A stretch of 60,332 nt of DNA, from positions 1-60,332 of the IMG/VR virus record IMGVR_UViG_3300043772_002998; one strand, given 5' to 3'. Below the pieces are notes generated by a model. The model ran no database searches and was not told the DNA's origin. It saw only the letters and a list, made by a program, of their open reading frames with translations. The stretch comes from a virus (taxonomy: Duplodnaviria; Caudoviricetes). The translations under genes and the position numbers were made by a program. Positions 48,860 through 57,587 of the stretch are shown one piece after another (the stretch's first letter is position 1; every line of letters starts with the position of its first letter).

Positions 48860-48940
48860 TGGTATGATTTGCAAGTACACCGAACCGGCAACCTCGGTTA
48901 CACCGAGAAGCCCCCCAGTCGTCAGGCCGGGGGGCTTCCT
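48860..48940 (+). ncRNA. Candidate small RNA gene 2
   Basis: Extended -10 TGGTATGAT; CTCGGT..ACCGAG hairpin; AAGCCCCCC..GGGGGGCTT hairpin. Confidence 0.45.
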
Positions 48941-49354
48941 ATTGGCTGGTGTCAACAGGCTGCTAGGCTGCATGGGCAATGGATGGTTCTGGGGTCCACC
49001 GTTGGGTGGGGTGCCCTTCCCGTCTCTTGTAAATCCTGCGCTTGCAGGTCGGGGATCTAATCACTCCCCGCTCGCCTGATCCACGATTGCGCCGGGGACC
49101 GATTCGGCAAGCGCGACGGATCCGTAGCCAACCACGGACGGTAGGGGTTGCGTTCAGTGGCCTCACTGCTGAGCCCGGCGGGGATGGGACCCGCACACAA
49201 GGCCCCTGGTACGCCGGGGGCTTTGTGCTGCATGCTGTGTGGTCAATGCCTACGACAAAGCCCCGGCGGGGCCAGGGCGAGGGCTTTGCGTGTCACTGCT
49301 AGCCGGTCTTCCGTCCCTAGGAACGGGGGGCATCGAACCCCAACAGCCGGGCCC

Positions 49355-50948
49355 TCACTGGACCCGCCGGGAATCCCACCCGGAACCATCGGATGGTAGC
49401 ACCGGCGCCACGGCTTCCAACCTGACTACTTCCGAGCTGTCTCCTTGGCTCTTCGGCCACGTTGCAAGGAAGGCAACCAGCTGCCCGGCATTGAGTTGAC
49501 TGAGCTGTTCAATGATCTCGGGTCTTTCCGCTTGGAGCCGAATAAACCTCGGTTCTTCTAGTTGGTTTCGAGTCAATACCGCAAAGTATTCTCCGCCTCC
49601 CTTGTAAAGGAATCCGGCACCAGACCAAAAAGAAGGAACCTCGGCGATTTCATTTAGCGGGATTGAGGCTCTACCGTTAATCAAGTCCGGTGATAGCAGC
49701 TTCATGGTCATAAGCTCTTTGTACGGGGGCAGTGATGCCGGCGGTGGGATTTGCATGGGAGAGGGTTGCAGTGGGGAATGGCAGGGTCAGTCGTCGGAAC
49801 TGATGCGCTGCGTATTTATCAAGAGAAGCCCAACGCCTGAAAGTGTAAGGTTTCTAACAAGTTTGTCGATTTCAGGGGAAGAATCAAAAGTTGCAAAGAC
49901 GGCGGTTGTGACAAGGAGACAGCCCATGGAATAAGTCAAGAAGCTGTTAAGGGTTTTCATTATGATCAGGGGATAGGGTGGATGCCGCCGGGATGCGCTC
50001 CCGGCTGGCGGGGGTCAGCTATTGTTTTTGGTTAGCCTCTCCATGTCAGGCGATCGTCAAAAATTGCTTCCCAGTCGGGATTGGCGGGATCGTAGACCTC
50101 TTCCAGCAGGGGGCGGATCTCTTCTGTGGTGAGATTGATGGAGCCGCCTTCAACGGCCCAACGATGGAAACCGCCGCCGATTGCAGTACGAGCCAGCACA
50201 TCGTCAACGGTCGGGACAGCATCAGGTTCCGGCCCCCACATCTCTACTAGCCACGCCACCCGAACGGCATGATCCATCGCGTTGAACGCATCTTGCAAGA
50301 CGCGTTCGGTGGTGGTGGCGTTGGGGTCGATGTACTCTTGCCAGAGATCAAAGGAGCTGGCGATCTCGGAGTAGGAGGGCTTCATGGATTGTTCTCGGCG
50401 AGCCAGGAAAGGGCGTTGCGGGCGCGGGCATCTTCTTTGAGGGCGTCATGCGCGTCCACGTCAAAGAAGACTTCCACTACGTGATCTCGGCCTAAGGCGA
50501 CAGAGGCGTACAGGGAGCTGGATTGAGTTGCGGTGAATGCGGACGTGCGCAGCTCCACTGTGGACGGCCCTTCCCACTTTTGGGACAGCAGCCAGTCGCA
50601 GACCTCTGGGGGTGGTAGGTGTGGATCTCGTTTGTATTTGCGCGGCATGGTCGTGCTTGGGATTGGGGTGGGATGGGAGGCCGGGAGGGGACCCGGCCGG
50701 GGAGATGGTCAGTCTTCGTCGGCCGTGATGGACACGAGCAGAGGGTTGCACCAGATGCCGTGGTAGGGGCGGAAGTAGAACCCGGGCCATACTTCCAGCC
50801 CGTTTTCTGCGAGGTAGATGTGGAAATCAGCGGTATGGCCATCTGCGGTGGTGCCCGTAGCGAAGATTGCCGCATTGGGATCAGTGTCGGCGCCAGGGGT
50901 AAGGTCAAACTCCTTGGCGATGTCGGCGAGTTGGGAAAGAATAGACAT
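49355..50948 (-). CDS. Early operon of five small hypothetical genes (49355-49756, 49787-49960, 50032-50385, 50382-50648, 50709-50948)
   Basis: Downstream of the promoter copy at 51000-51018; two products are acidic and one has two hydrophobic segments. Confidence 0.55.
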
Positions 50949-50999
50949 TGCTGTGTCTGGGAATGGAGTGAGAAGCGAGGCCTCCCCCGCTGTCCTTTC

Positions 51000-51018
51000 A
51001 TCATAGGTCATTCGTCAC
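51000..51018 (-). promoter_or_regulatory. Repeated early promoter motif, copy 3
   Basis: GTGACGAATGACCTATGAT, then CAGCGGGGGAGGCC shared with copy 2. Confidence 0.65.
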
Positions 51019-51114
51019 ACCCCCGGAGGGGGTCGCGTAACACGCTGTCACAATCCCCCAGGGCGCCCCGGACTGCCGCTGCCCTAGCCTGTTCCCGTCG
51101 CCAACACTTCCCCA

Positions 51115-51321
51115 ATGCCCGAAAACATGAACATCGGTAACAGCATCAATGATACGAACGATGACGGTTTTCCTATGGTATGGTTCCCACCGCGTCCCGT
51201 CTTGGATGCCTTAGGAATCGCCGCTGAATACCAGCCGGCGTGTGGAACCGGCAGCTTACTCACCCATGCGGCTGGTTTCATCCTGTCCAACCCACCATTC
51301 GCCCCAGATCGTCGCCCATGA
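51115..51321 (+). pseudogene. Collapsed N6-adenine methyltransferase remnant (68 aa)
   Basis: PACGTGSLL (motif I) and ILSNPPF (motif IV) separated by only about 6 residues. Confidence 0.6.
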
Positions 51322-52589
51322 CCGCCACCCCAGCCCCGGAGGGCTTCAAGTTCAGTAAGGGGCATGACCCCACCAGTCTCAACGCCGCCTTGGCAATCAA
51401 GGATCGGAACCAGCGGCAAGCGGCCGTCAACAAGCTCACCCTAAAGGGTGGTCGCAAGCTGGTGTCGCCGCAGGCTGGCGTCATGGTAACCGGCGACTCG
51501 CCGGTGCCGGGCAGCCCGGAAAACATGAGCCCCCGGACGGCAGCTGAGCTTGCGGAGCTGGGCTTGCGGTTCCTGCTCGCCGACGTGCCCCTCTCTGAGC
51601 TGGCAAACCATCCAATCGCCATCCGTGGCGCCCAGATGCTCAAGGAGTTCGGCATCCCCCGGATGCTCTACGGCGAGGGCCCAGACGGCCTGTTCCGCAT
51701 GAATGCTGAGCGGGTGGGCGCCGATCGCGTGGGGCGCATCTCGGGGGCCTGGATCCCAACCGGATGGGGTGAACCGTTCTCGTTCCACGCCTACCGCCGA
51801 CTGGGGGCGTACGGGACCACGGAAGCCGAGTGGAAGGCCCTGCAGGACGGCAACATCCCGCGGCGGCAGGAAATGTCGCCCTGCACCATGCCGATTACTA
51901 CGGGCCGGGATATTGCCAGCCTCGCGCACCAAGACCCCCCGATCTCGATTGGGGATTGCGTCACGCGGATCCTGTTGGCGCACAATGCCAAGTTCTCCAC
52001 CCGTGCGCCGCTGACGCCAAACGAACAGGCGTTTGTGTCGCCCGGTGGGGTTTGGGAAATGCAATGCGCCAACGGCATTGCAGCGCTGCCCGCAGGCCAG
52101 ATCGGCTGGCGCCTCAAGGCTCGGGACTATCGCCGCGCCCGGCCGGAGGAACTGTGGCCGATGGCGGTCCGCGGCGAGCTGCACGAGTCATTCCTGCGGC
52201 TTGCCGGCTGGCTGGTGGACCTCGTGGGCCCCTACCTGCCCCTCGGCTATGCGGAGGGCTGCCCGCTCCATTCGGATGACCCCTCGGGCCATGCCATTTC
52301 CGCTGGCGTGTGGATCACCCTGTGCAAAGCCTGGTTCGCCGATGGTCCGGTGCCGTCGCTGAGCATCCAGAACCTGCACGCAGAAATTGATCTGATGGGC
52401 TGGCATCAGGCCGATGGTCGAGCATGGGCACGAATCCACACCCGCCGGAGCCTTACCGCTGGACTGCGGATCGGTGAGCAGCATGCCTTGGCATACCTGC
52501 GGCAGCAGAATGCCACGAGCCCGCAACCGCTGGGCGCGACCTCGTTTATCGGGGTGGATGGCAAGCTCATTGAACTGGAAGGAACCTGA
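51318..52589 (+). CDS. Vanadium-dependent haloperoxidase homologue (bromoperoxidase type, PAP2 fold)
   Basis: AAELAEL....L.DVP, TGRDIASLAHQD, W..K.......RPE, YL...Y.EG.P.H...PSGHA, GR....IH, GLRIGEQ.A, F..DG..I. Confidence 0.85.
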   Translation: MTATPAPEGFKFSKGHDPTSLNAALAIKDRNQRQAAVNKLTLKGGRKLVSPQAGVMVTGDSPVPGSPENMSPRTAAELAELGLRFLLADVPLSELANHPIAIRGAQMLKEFGIPRMLYGEGPDGLFRMNAERVGADRVGRISGAWIPTGWGEPFSFHAYRRLGAYGTTEAEWKALQDGNIPRRQEMSPCTMPITTGRDIASLAHQDPPISIGDCVTRILLAHNAKFSTRAPLTPNEQAFVSPGGVWEMQCANGIAALPAGQIGWRLKARDYRRARPEELWPMAVRGELHESFLRLAGWLVDLVGPYLPLGYAEGCPLHSDDPSGHAISAGVWITLCKAWFADGPVPSLSIQNLHAEIDLMGWHQADGRAWARIHTRRSLTAGLRIGEQHALAYLRQQNATSPQPLGATSFIGVDGKLIELEGT

Positions 52590-52597
52590 ACCGGGAC

Positions 52598-52620
52598 CGG
52601 GGGGCTGCGGCCCCCCTTTC
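52598..52620 (+). terminator. Terminator-like hairpin after the haloperoxidase gene
   Basis: GGGGGGC-TGCG-GCCCCCC-TTT. Confidence 0.6.
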
Positions 52621-52626
52621 CTGCGG

Positions 52627-52962
52627 TCAGTTGCTCATGCCGAGCTTCTGCATGACGCGTGCATTGAACGCCTCAAGGCTATTCAGCCGGGCATCCTGCT
52701 CCTTGTTGATCCTGTTGGTGTCTATGTGCTGCTGACACAGGACCTCAACTTTTTCGGTGAGCTTCGTGGTTTCCTTGGTGGATTCCGCGATCTTTTCCGC
52801 CAGCTTGGCGTTCTGATCCGCTAGCTTGCTGGATCCGGTCTGGTGGGTTTGCACCAGGATCGACAGCACGAGGCCAGCAAGGCCCACCACGGCCGGCGCC
52901 CACGTCTTCCAGGGGCTCTCCGGTGCGGCGTGAACGGTGGTGATGTTGCTGGTTTCGGGCAT
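52627..52962 (-). CDS. TM plus coiled-coil protein (holin/XhlA-like) with late motif
   Basis: TM AVVGLAGLVLSILV; QDARLNSLE; GGAAACCTA at 53005-53013. Confidence 0.6.
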   Translation of the reverse strand: MPETSNITTVHAAPESPWKTWAPAVVGLAGLVLSILVQTHQTGSSKLADQNAKLAEKIAESTKETTKLTEKVEVLCQQHIDTNRINKEQDARLNSLEAFNARVMQKLGMSN

Positions 52963-53171
52963 TGGGGGTTACGGCCCCACCGCAGGGGCTACTTCACATG
53001 CCGTTAGGTTTCCTGCGGCTGGCGGCTGAGGAAGATTTGAGGAAACCTCAGCGGGAGCGGCCCGGGGACCCTGGAAATCGAGATTGACCTATGGGAGGAA
53101 GTGCGCCGGCTGCTGCCGTTGTTGGAAACCTGCGAGCAGATTGAGGGGACTACCCCGGGCCTGCCGGCGGA

Positions 53172-53360
53172 TCAAAACGGCGACGGCTGCCCCAGCCCGG
53201 AGTAGAGCCCTCGCATGGTGTTATGCGGATCATCCCGCCTGGCGCCGTGATAAAGCAATTCAAGCCGCCGCACCCGGTTTTCCATCGCCTCAATATCCTC
53301 TGCCCCGGGTCGGTTTGCCGTAATCCGCAGCGCCGCGGCCCGCTGCTCCTTGGTGGCCAT
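53172..53360 (-). CDS. Small hypothetical protein with late motif
   Basis: GAEDI.AM..R...LE.LY....R.DP....RGLY.GL; GGAAAGCTA at 53384-53392. Confidence 0.6.
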   Translation of the reverse strand: MATKEQRAAALRITANRPGAEDIEAMENRVRRLELLYHGARRDDPHNTMRGLYSGLGQPSPF

Positions 53361-53447
53361 GGTTGACGCAACCTATCAACCCTTAGCTTTCCGGTTGCGG
53401 TTTACGGCTTGACGTGGAACAATGAGCGATGAACCATCCACGTTTCA

Positions 53448-53936
53448 ATGGAACGACTCACGGGAAAAGCCCTGCTGGCGCATTACAAGGCAGGGGTTGA
53501 AGCCTGCAAGCTGAAGGGCCACATCATTGCGGAAGCCGGGTACGTCAAGACCTTGCCGGACGGTAAGGAACGGATTGAGTATGCGAAGTTCAATGCCGCC
53601 CTGCTGGCCAGTAAGGGGCTGTCAATTGGCCGGAAGCCGGCAGGTCGCCGCGGCCGGGATCTGAGCTACCGGGCAACCGTGCTCAAGCCGGGCCATGCCG
53701 TGATCGGCCGCGGGTATCTGCGGCAGATCGGCGCTGAACCTGACAGCGTGTTGGCCATTGAGGTGCGCGGGCACAGGCTGATCATCCAGGTGGCTGACCC
53801 GGTGGACAACACGGCGCCCACGCCCTGCGAAACCGGTAACTGCCCGATGCCGGCCCCTGCCGCTGCCCCCGCGCCTGCGGTGGCTCCTGAAACCGCCGCC
53901 TGCGGTATCGCCGCGCCTGTCGCTACGGTCGCCTGA
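53448..53936 (+). CDS. Cyanobacterial-type AbrB transcriptional regulator
   Basis: LTGKALL, AGYV, F..ALL..KG, RGR.LSYR..V...G...IG..Y...IG..P.....I. Confidence 0.85.
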   Translation: MERLTGKALLAHYKAGVEACKLKGHIIAEAGYVKTLPDGKERIEYAKFNAALLASKGLSIGRKPAGRRGRDLSYRATVLKPGHAVIGRGYLRQIGAEPDSVLAIEVRGHRLIIQVADPVDNTAPTPCETGNCPMPAPAAAPAPAVAPETAACGIAAPVATVA

Positions 53937-54952
53937 TGAGTAAGCTCCCTGCAATCCTTCAGGACAACCGCCGCGAGCCTGTTGAGGGCGAGACGTTCAG
54001 CTCTAACCCTGCCCACCCGTTCTGGCGGGTAAAGGTGCGGTTCACGACCGGCATACAGCCGTCGCTGGAGCGCATCAGGGCCGCGACCGCTGCGCAGGCC
54101 TTGGACTTCGTGTGCGCCCGTTACTCGTACGCCAGCCGATCGGGTAGCGAGGTGCTGGGCCGTTGGGATCCAGACACGGCGCCGATCGATCACAGCCACG
54201 CCAGCCGATCGGCAGCTGAGGATCAGCCGACAGCGGCCAAGCCCAAACCGGTCGCCTGCCATGCCCCTGCGCGCCATGCGCCGAAGGCAAAGGAGAAGCC
54301 ATCCCTGCCTAAGTTCGCTCGCCTGCCACGGGATTGCCAAGGCCGGGCCATCATGGACCTCACCTTGGTTCCCAGCATTGCGGCGGCACATGATGGCGGG
54401 ATGAGCTGGCCTGCCATCGCGAAAGCCCTCGGCTGCGGCGAATCGACGCTGCGGCACAAGGTGCTCGACTGGCGGCGGGCACAGGCTGGGGATCAGTCCC
54501 CGGGCGGTGAGGTGGCGAAGGCCGAGGCCCCGGCCACGGCGGCCCCTGCAGCCCCTGCCCCGGAGCCCCCTGCTCCCGCGGTTGAGGCTCCGGCCCCGGC
54601 CCCCGAGGTGGAAGCACCAGCCCCGTCGGTGGAGCCCCCTGCTACGGCCCCAACCGCCGCGCCAAAGACCACCGATGCCCCCGAGCCCCCCAGCCGGGAG
54701 GCAATCGAGCGCCTCCACTCCATCCGCGAATGGGATGTGCTCGCCGATGGCAAGGTCGTCGCCCAACGGCAGCCGACAGCGCTTGCCGATTCCCTCACCC
54801 GGCTACTTGAAGCCGCCGGCCATCGCGCTGTCGCATGGCCAAGCCCCACCCCACCAACCCCGGAGCCCACCCCAGCCCCACCCGCCACGGTGGTCACCAC
54901 CCCTGACGGTGGCTTCCTGGTTCAGGTGATCGTCAAGCCCATCCAAGCCTGA
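53936..54952 (+). CDS. Pro/Ala-rich protein with a central HTH
   Basis: GMSWPAIAKALGCGESTLR. Confidence 0.6.
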   Translation: MSKLPAILQDNRREPVEGETFSSNPAHPFWRVKVRFTTGIQPSLERIRAATAAQALDFVCARYSYASRSGSEVLGRWDPDTAPIDHSHASRSAAEDQPTAAKPKPVACHAPARHAPKAKEKPSLPKFARLPRDCQGRAIMDLTLVPSIAAAHDGGMSWPAIAKALGCGESTLRHKVLDWRRAQAGDQSPGGEVAKAEAPATAAPAAPAPEPPAPAVEAPAPAPEVEAPAPSVEPPATAPTAAPKTTDAPEPPSREAIERLHSIREWDVLADGKVVAQRQPTALADSLTRLLEAAGHRAVAWPSPTPPTPEPTPAPPATVVTTPDGGFLVQVIVKPIQA

Positions 54953-54964
54953 CCATCACCCGAA

Positions 54965-55007
54965 AGGCCCTCCACCGCTGCCATCCGGCCAGCAGGAGGG
55001 CTTTTTG
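54965..55007 (+). terminator. Rho-independent terminator
   Basis: GCCCTCC...GGAGGGC-TTTTT. Confidence 0.65.
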
Positions 55008-55157
55008 CTGCCCGCCGCCCAGCCAGTAGCCAGGTTGCAAACCGTTACGGGATCCCCCTCGCCAACCCCCGCCCGCTGGCAGCCCGGCAGGCTTTGAGCT
55101 AATGTATTGACAAGCGCATCTGACGCGCCATCTTTTGTCCCCAATCGCAAAACACCT

Positions 55158-56270
55158 ATGACCGTTTCAAGGTATCGCGGCGGCAATGCTGCGCCTGCAC
55201 GTACTGGCATCGCCCCGCCTCCTGGTGCGCCTGACGCCAAAGAAGATACGTCAATCGAAGCTCTATTCAAAAAGCACGCCCCAGAGATCGCGCTGGCGTT
55301 GCCGAAGCACGTCACGGTAGAGCGCCTGATGCGGATTGTCCTTTCGGAAGTGCGGAAGAATCCGCGGCTTGGGCAATGCACCCCGGCGTCGCTGCTGGTG
55401 TCGGCATTCAACTGCGCCGCGTTGGGACTGGAACCCGGCGGCATCCTCGGGCACGCCTATCTGATTCCCTACTGGAACGGCCGTGAAAAGCGGAATGAAT
55501 GCCAAGTCCAGATCGGTTACCGCGGCATGCTGGATCTTGCCCGCCGGTCCGGGCAGATTCAGTCAATCTCAGCTCATGTCGTCTACTCAAACGATGAGTT
55601 TGAGTATTTCTATGGCCTGAATGAAGACTTGATCCACCGCCCGGGGAAGGGTCAGCGTGGCGAGGTGGTCGCTGCCTATGCGGTGGCAAAGCTGAAGGAT
55701 GGTGGCAGTCAGTTTGAGGTGATGACCATTGATGATTTACTTGATGTTCGGGACAGCTCGCAGGGCTACCGGCAGGCAGTGGAAAAGGGCTGGGATAACC
55801 CGTGGATCAGCAACTTCGATGAGATGTGCCGAAAAAGCCCCGTCCGGCGTCTGTTCAAGTATCTGCCCGTTTCGATTGAAATGATGAAGGCCGCCAGCCT
55901 GGATGAATACGGCGAGCGTGGTCAGCATCAGGAATCGGAGCTGGATAGCATCCTCGGCCGACTGGCACCGGAAGCGCCGCCGGCAATGCCGACCCTGCGC
56001 GGTGCGCCTGAGCCCGCGGGTGAGCCCGAAGCTGTTCAGGCTGTCACGGTGGCCGCAGTCCCGCAGGCTGCCCCCGAGCCCATCCAGGCAGCCCCTACGG
56101 CAGCCCCTGCAGCCGCACCAGAGGCCGAACCGCAACGCCGCCAGCGCGCGCCCCGCCCGGTGCCGGTCGCCCAAGCAGAGGCCCCCGCGACAGCACCTGC
56201 CGAGGCCCCGAAACCGCCCGCCGATGAACCGCCCGCTGGTGAGATGGTGGAGCAAGAGCAGTTCCTGTGA
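55158..56270 (+). CDS. recT: RecT single-strand annealing recombinase
   Basis: ALPKH.T.ER..RI, LGLEP...LGHAYLIPY, QIGYRGM.DLARRSGQI, AYAVA.LKDGG.QF, PW...FDEM..K...RRLFKYLP.SIE. Confidence 0.93.
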   Translation: MTVSRYRGGNAAPARTGIAPPPGAPDAKEDTSIEALFKKHAPEIALALPKHVTVERLMRIVLSEVRKNPRLGQCTPASLLVSAFNCAALGLEPGGILGHAYLIPYWNGREKRNECQVQIGYRGMLDLARRSGQIQSISAHVVYSNDEFEYFYGLNEDLIHRPGKGQRGEVVAAYAVAKLKDGGSQFEVMTIDDLLDVRDSSQGYRQAVEKGWDNPWISNFDEMCRKSPVRRLFKYLPVSIEMMKAASLDEYGERGQHQESELDSILGRLAPEAPPAMPTLRGAPEPAGEPEAVQAVTVAAVPQAAPEPIQAAPTAAPAAAPEAEPQRRQRAPRPVPVAQAEAPATAPAEAPKPPADEPPAGEMVEQEQFL

Positions 56271-56363
56271 CCGCCCTCGCCATCGTCTACAGGGTAAAGG
56301 CTCTTGCCTTTGCCCTGCTGTTGGCATCCGTCCTCCTAATCCTCCGCCTTGACGCAAAACGCA

Positions 56364-56957
56364 ATGACTGATTCTGTTCCTGTTGCCAGCCTGGTAGGCC
56401 CCTATCCCGATGACGTGCTGACGCTGGCAGTCATCATCCGAGAGGCTGAAGTCAACCAAGGCATGGGCTATACCAGCCTTGCAGAGGCCATCCTGAGCCA
56501 TCCGGCATGGCCCGCGCTGGTTCAGCGATTCCACCCCCAGGAGCCAGCCCAACCCGTACCCGCCAACGACCCCGCCCCCGATCCCATCGCCGAAGTCCTC
56601 CCGGCATCCGGCGAGGATTGGGCCGCGGTGGTCCGCAAAGCCGCCCAGCCCGATGGCCACGAGGCCCGGGTCATGCTGGAAATCCAGCAACGGCTTGTCA
56701 CAGTGGAAGGGCCGGTCGTTAAGGCGGAGCCGGTGCGGGAGCCGGTGAAACAGCCGGCGCCCCCTTGGGGGCTGTGGCGGCCGATGGATGAAGCGCCCAC
56801 GGATGGGACTCGAATCCTTGCGCATGACCGTCGTTACTACGTGAACATTGCTTACTGGAGTCGCGGGGGCCGGTCATGGCAAAACCCCATGGGCAAACTT
56901 CCACGTCACTGGCTCTGCGCCTGGATGCCCCTCCCAGAGGCACCCAAGAAGTCATGA
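56364..56957 (+). CDS. DUF551-like domain protein
   Basis: WRPM..AP.DGT.IL...WMPLP.AP. Confidence 0.7.
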   Translation: MTDSVPVASLVGPYPDDVLTLAVIIREAEVNQGMGYTSLAEAILSHPAWPALVQRFHPQEPAQPVPANDPAPDPIAEVLPASGEDWAAVVRKAAQPDGHEARVMLEIQQRLVTVEGPVVKAEPVREPVKQPAPPWGLWRPMDEAPTDGTRILAHDRRYYVNIAYWSRGGRSWQNPMGKLPRHWLCAWMPLPEAPKKS

Positions 56958-57289
56958 CCTCCACCCCCGACTGGCCCCGCTTTGCCAAGATGACGGCAAC
57001 ACCTGAGCTACTGGAGGCCATGGAGGCCTTTGGTATCCCCGACCCGCCGCCAGAAGGCCGGCCTATGGTGTTCAGGGCGCATCGGAACGATGATAAGTGC
57101 GTTGGGATCAATGCGGCCAAGTATAAAGACCTTGGTACGCATGGCACAACCGCCTTCATCACCTACGCCGATGGCGGCACTCGCCTTGCGTTCACAGCTG
57201 CCGAAGTCCGTAAAACCCTCAAGCTTACCGCTGGCACGTCAAGCCGTAAGGCATTGGATCGCTGGCTAGCATGGTGGGGGTTGACATAA
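56954..57289 (+). CDS. Hypothetical protein
   Basis: ATGA overlap with the upstream gene. Confidence 0.5.
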   Translation: MTSTPDWPRFAKMTATPELLEAMEAFGIPDPPPEGRPMVFRAHRNDDKCVGINAAKYKDLGTHGTTAFITYADGGTRLAFTAAEVRKTLKLTAGTSSRKALDRWLAWWGLT

Positions 57290-57587
57290 TCCGCAATCAT
57301 GAAAACCATCATCAACCTATCGCGTCTTCCGGTTTCCGCGTTTCGCATCCTGCGGTGGCGGTCGCCATCACTCGGTCTTTCGCTACGGCTCGAATTGATC
57401 CGCCTGTTATTTGTTGATGCGATCAACCCCGAAAGCTAACACCAATGCCCAAGCCTTCTAGCCCGCCTAAATATGGCATCCGTCGGGTCCTTTGTAACGA
57501 TACCCCGTTTCTGATCATCAACGGTCGTAGGGTATGGTTGCAGGATCCGCCGCCTGATGTGCGCCCATCCCTTTCCCCTGATCTGAG

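Noticed and set aside
49326-49340. tRNA gene
   Set aside because: Only a T-arm-like hairpin; no D arm, anticodon arm or acceptor stem could be built
53041-53049. Plus-strand GGAAACCTC as a late promoter
   Set aside because: No convincing ATG/GTG ORF downstream; left out of the count
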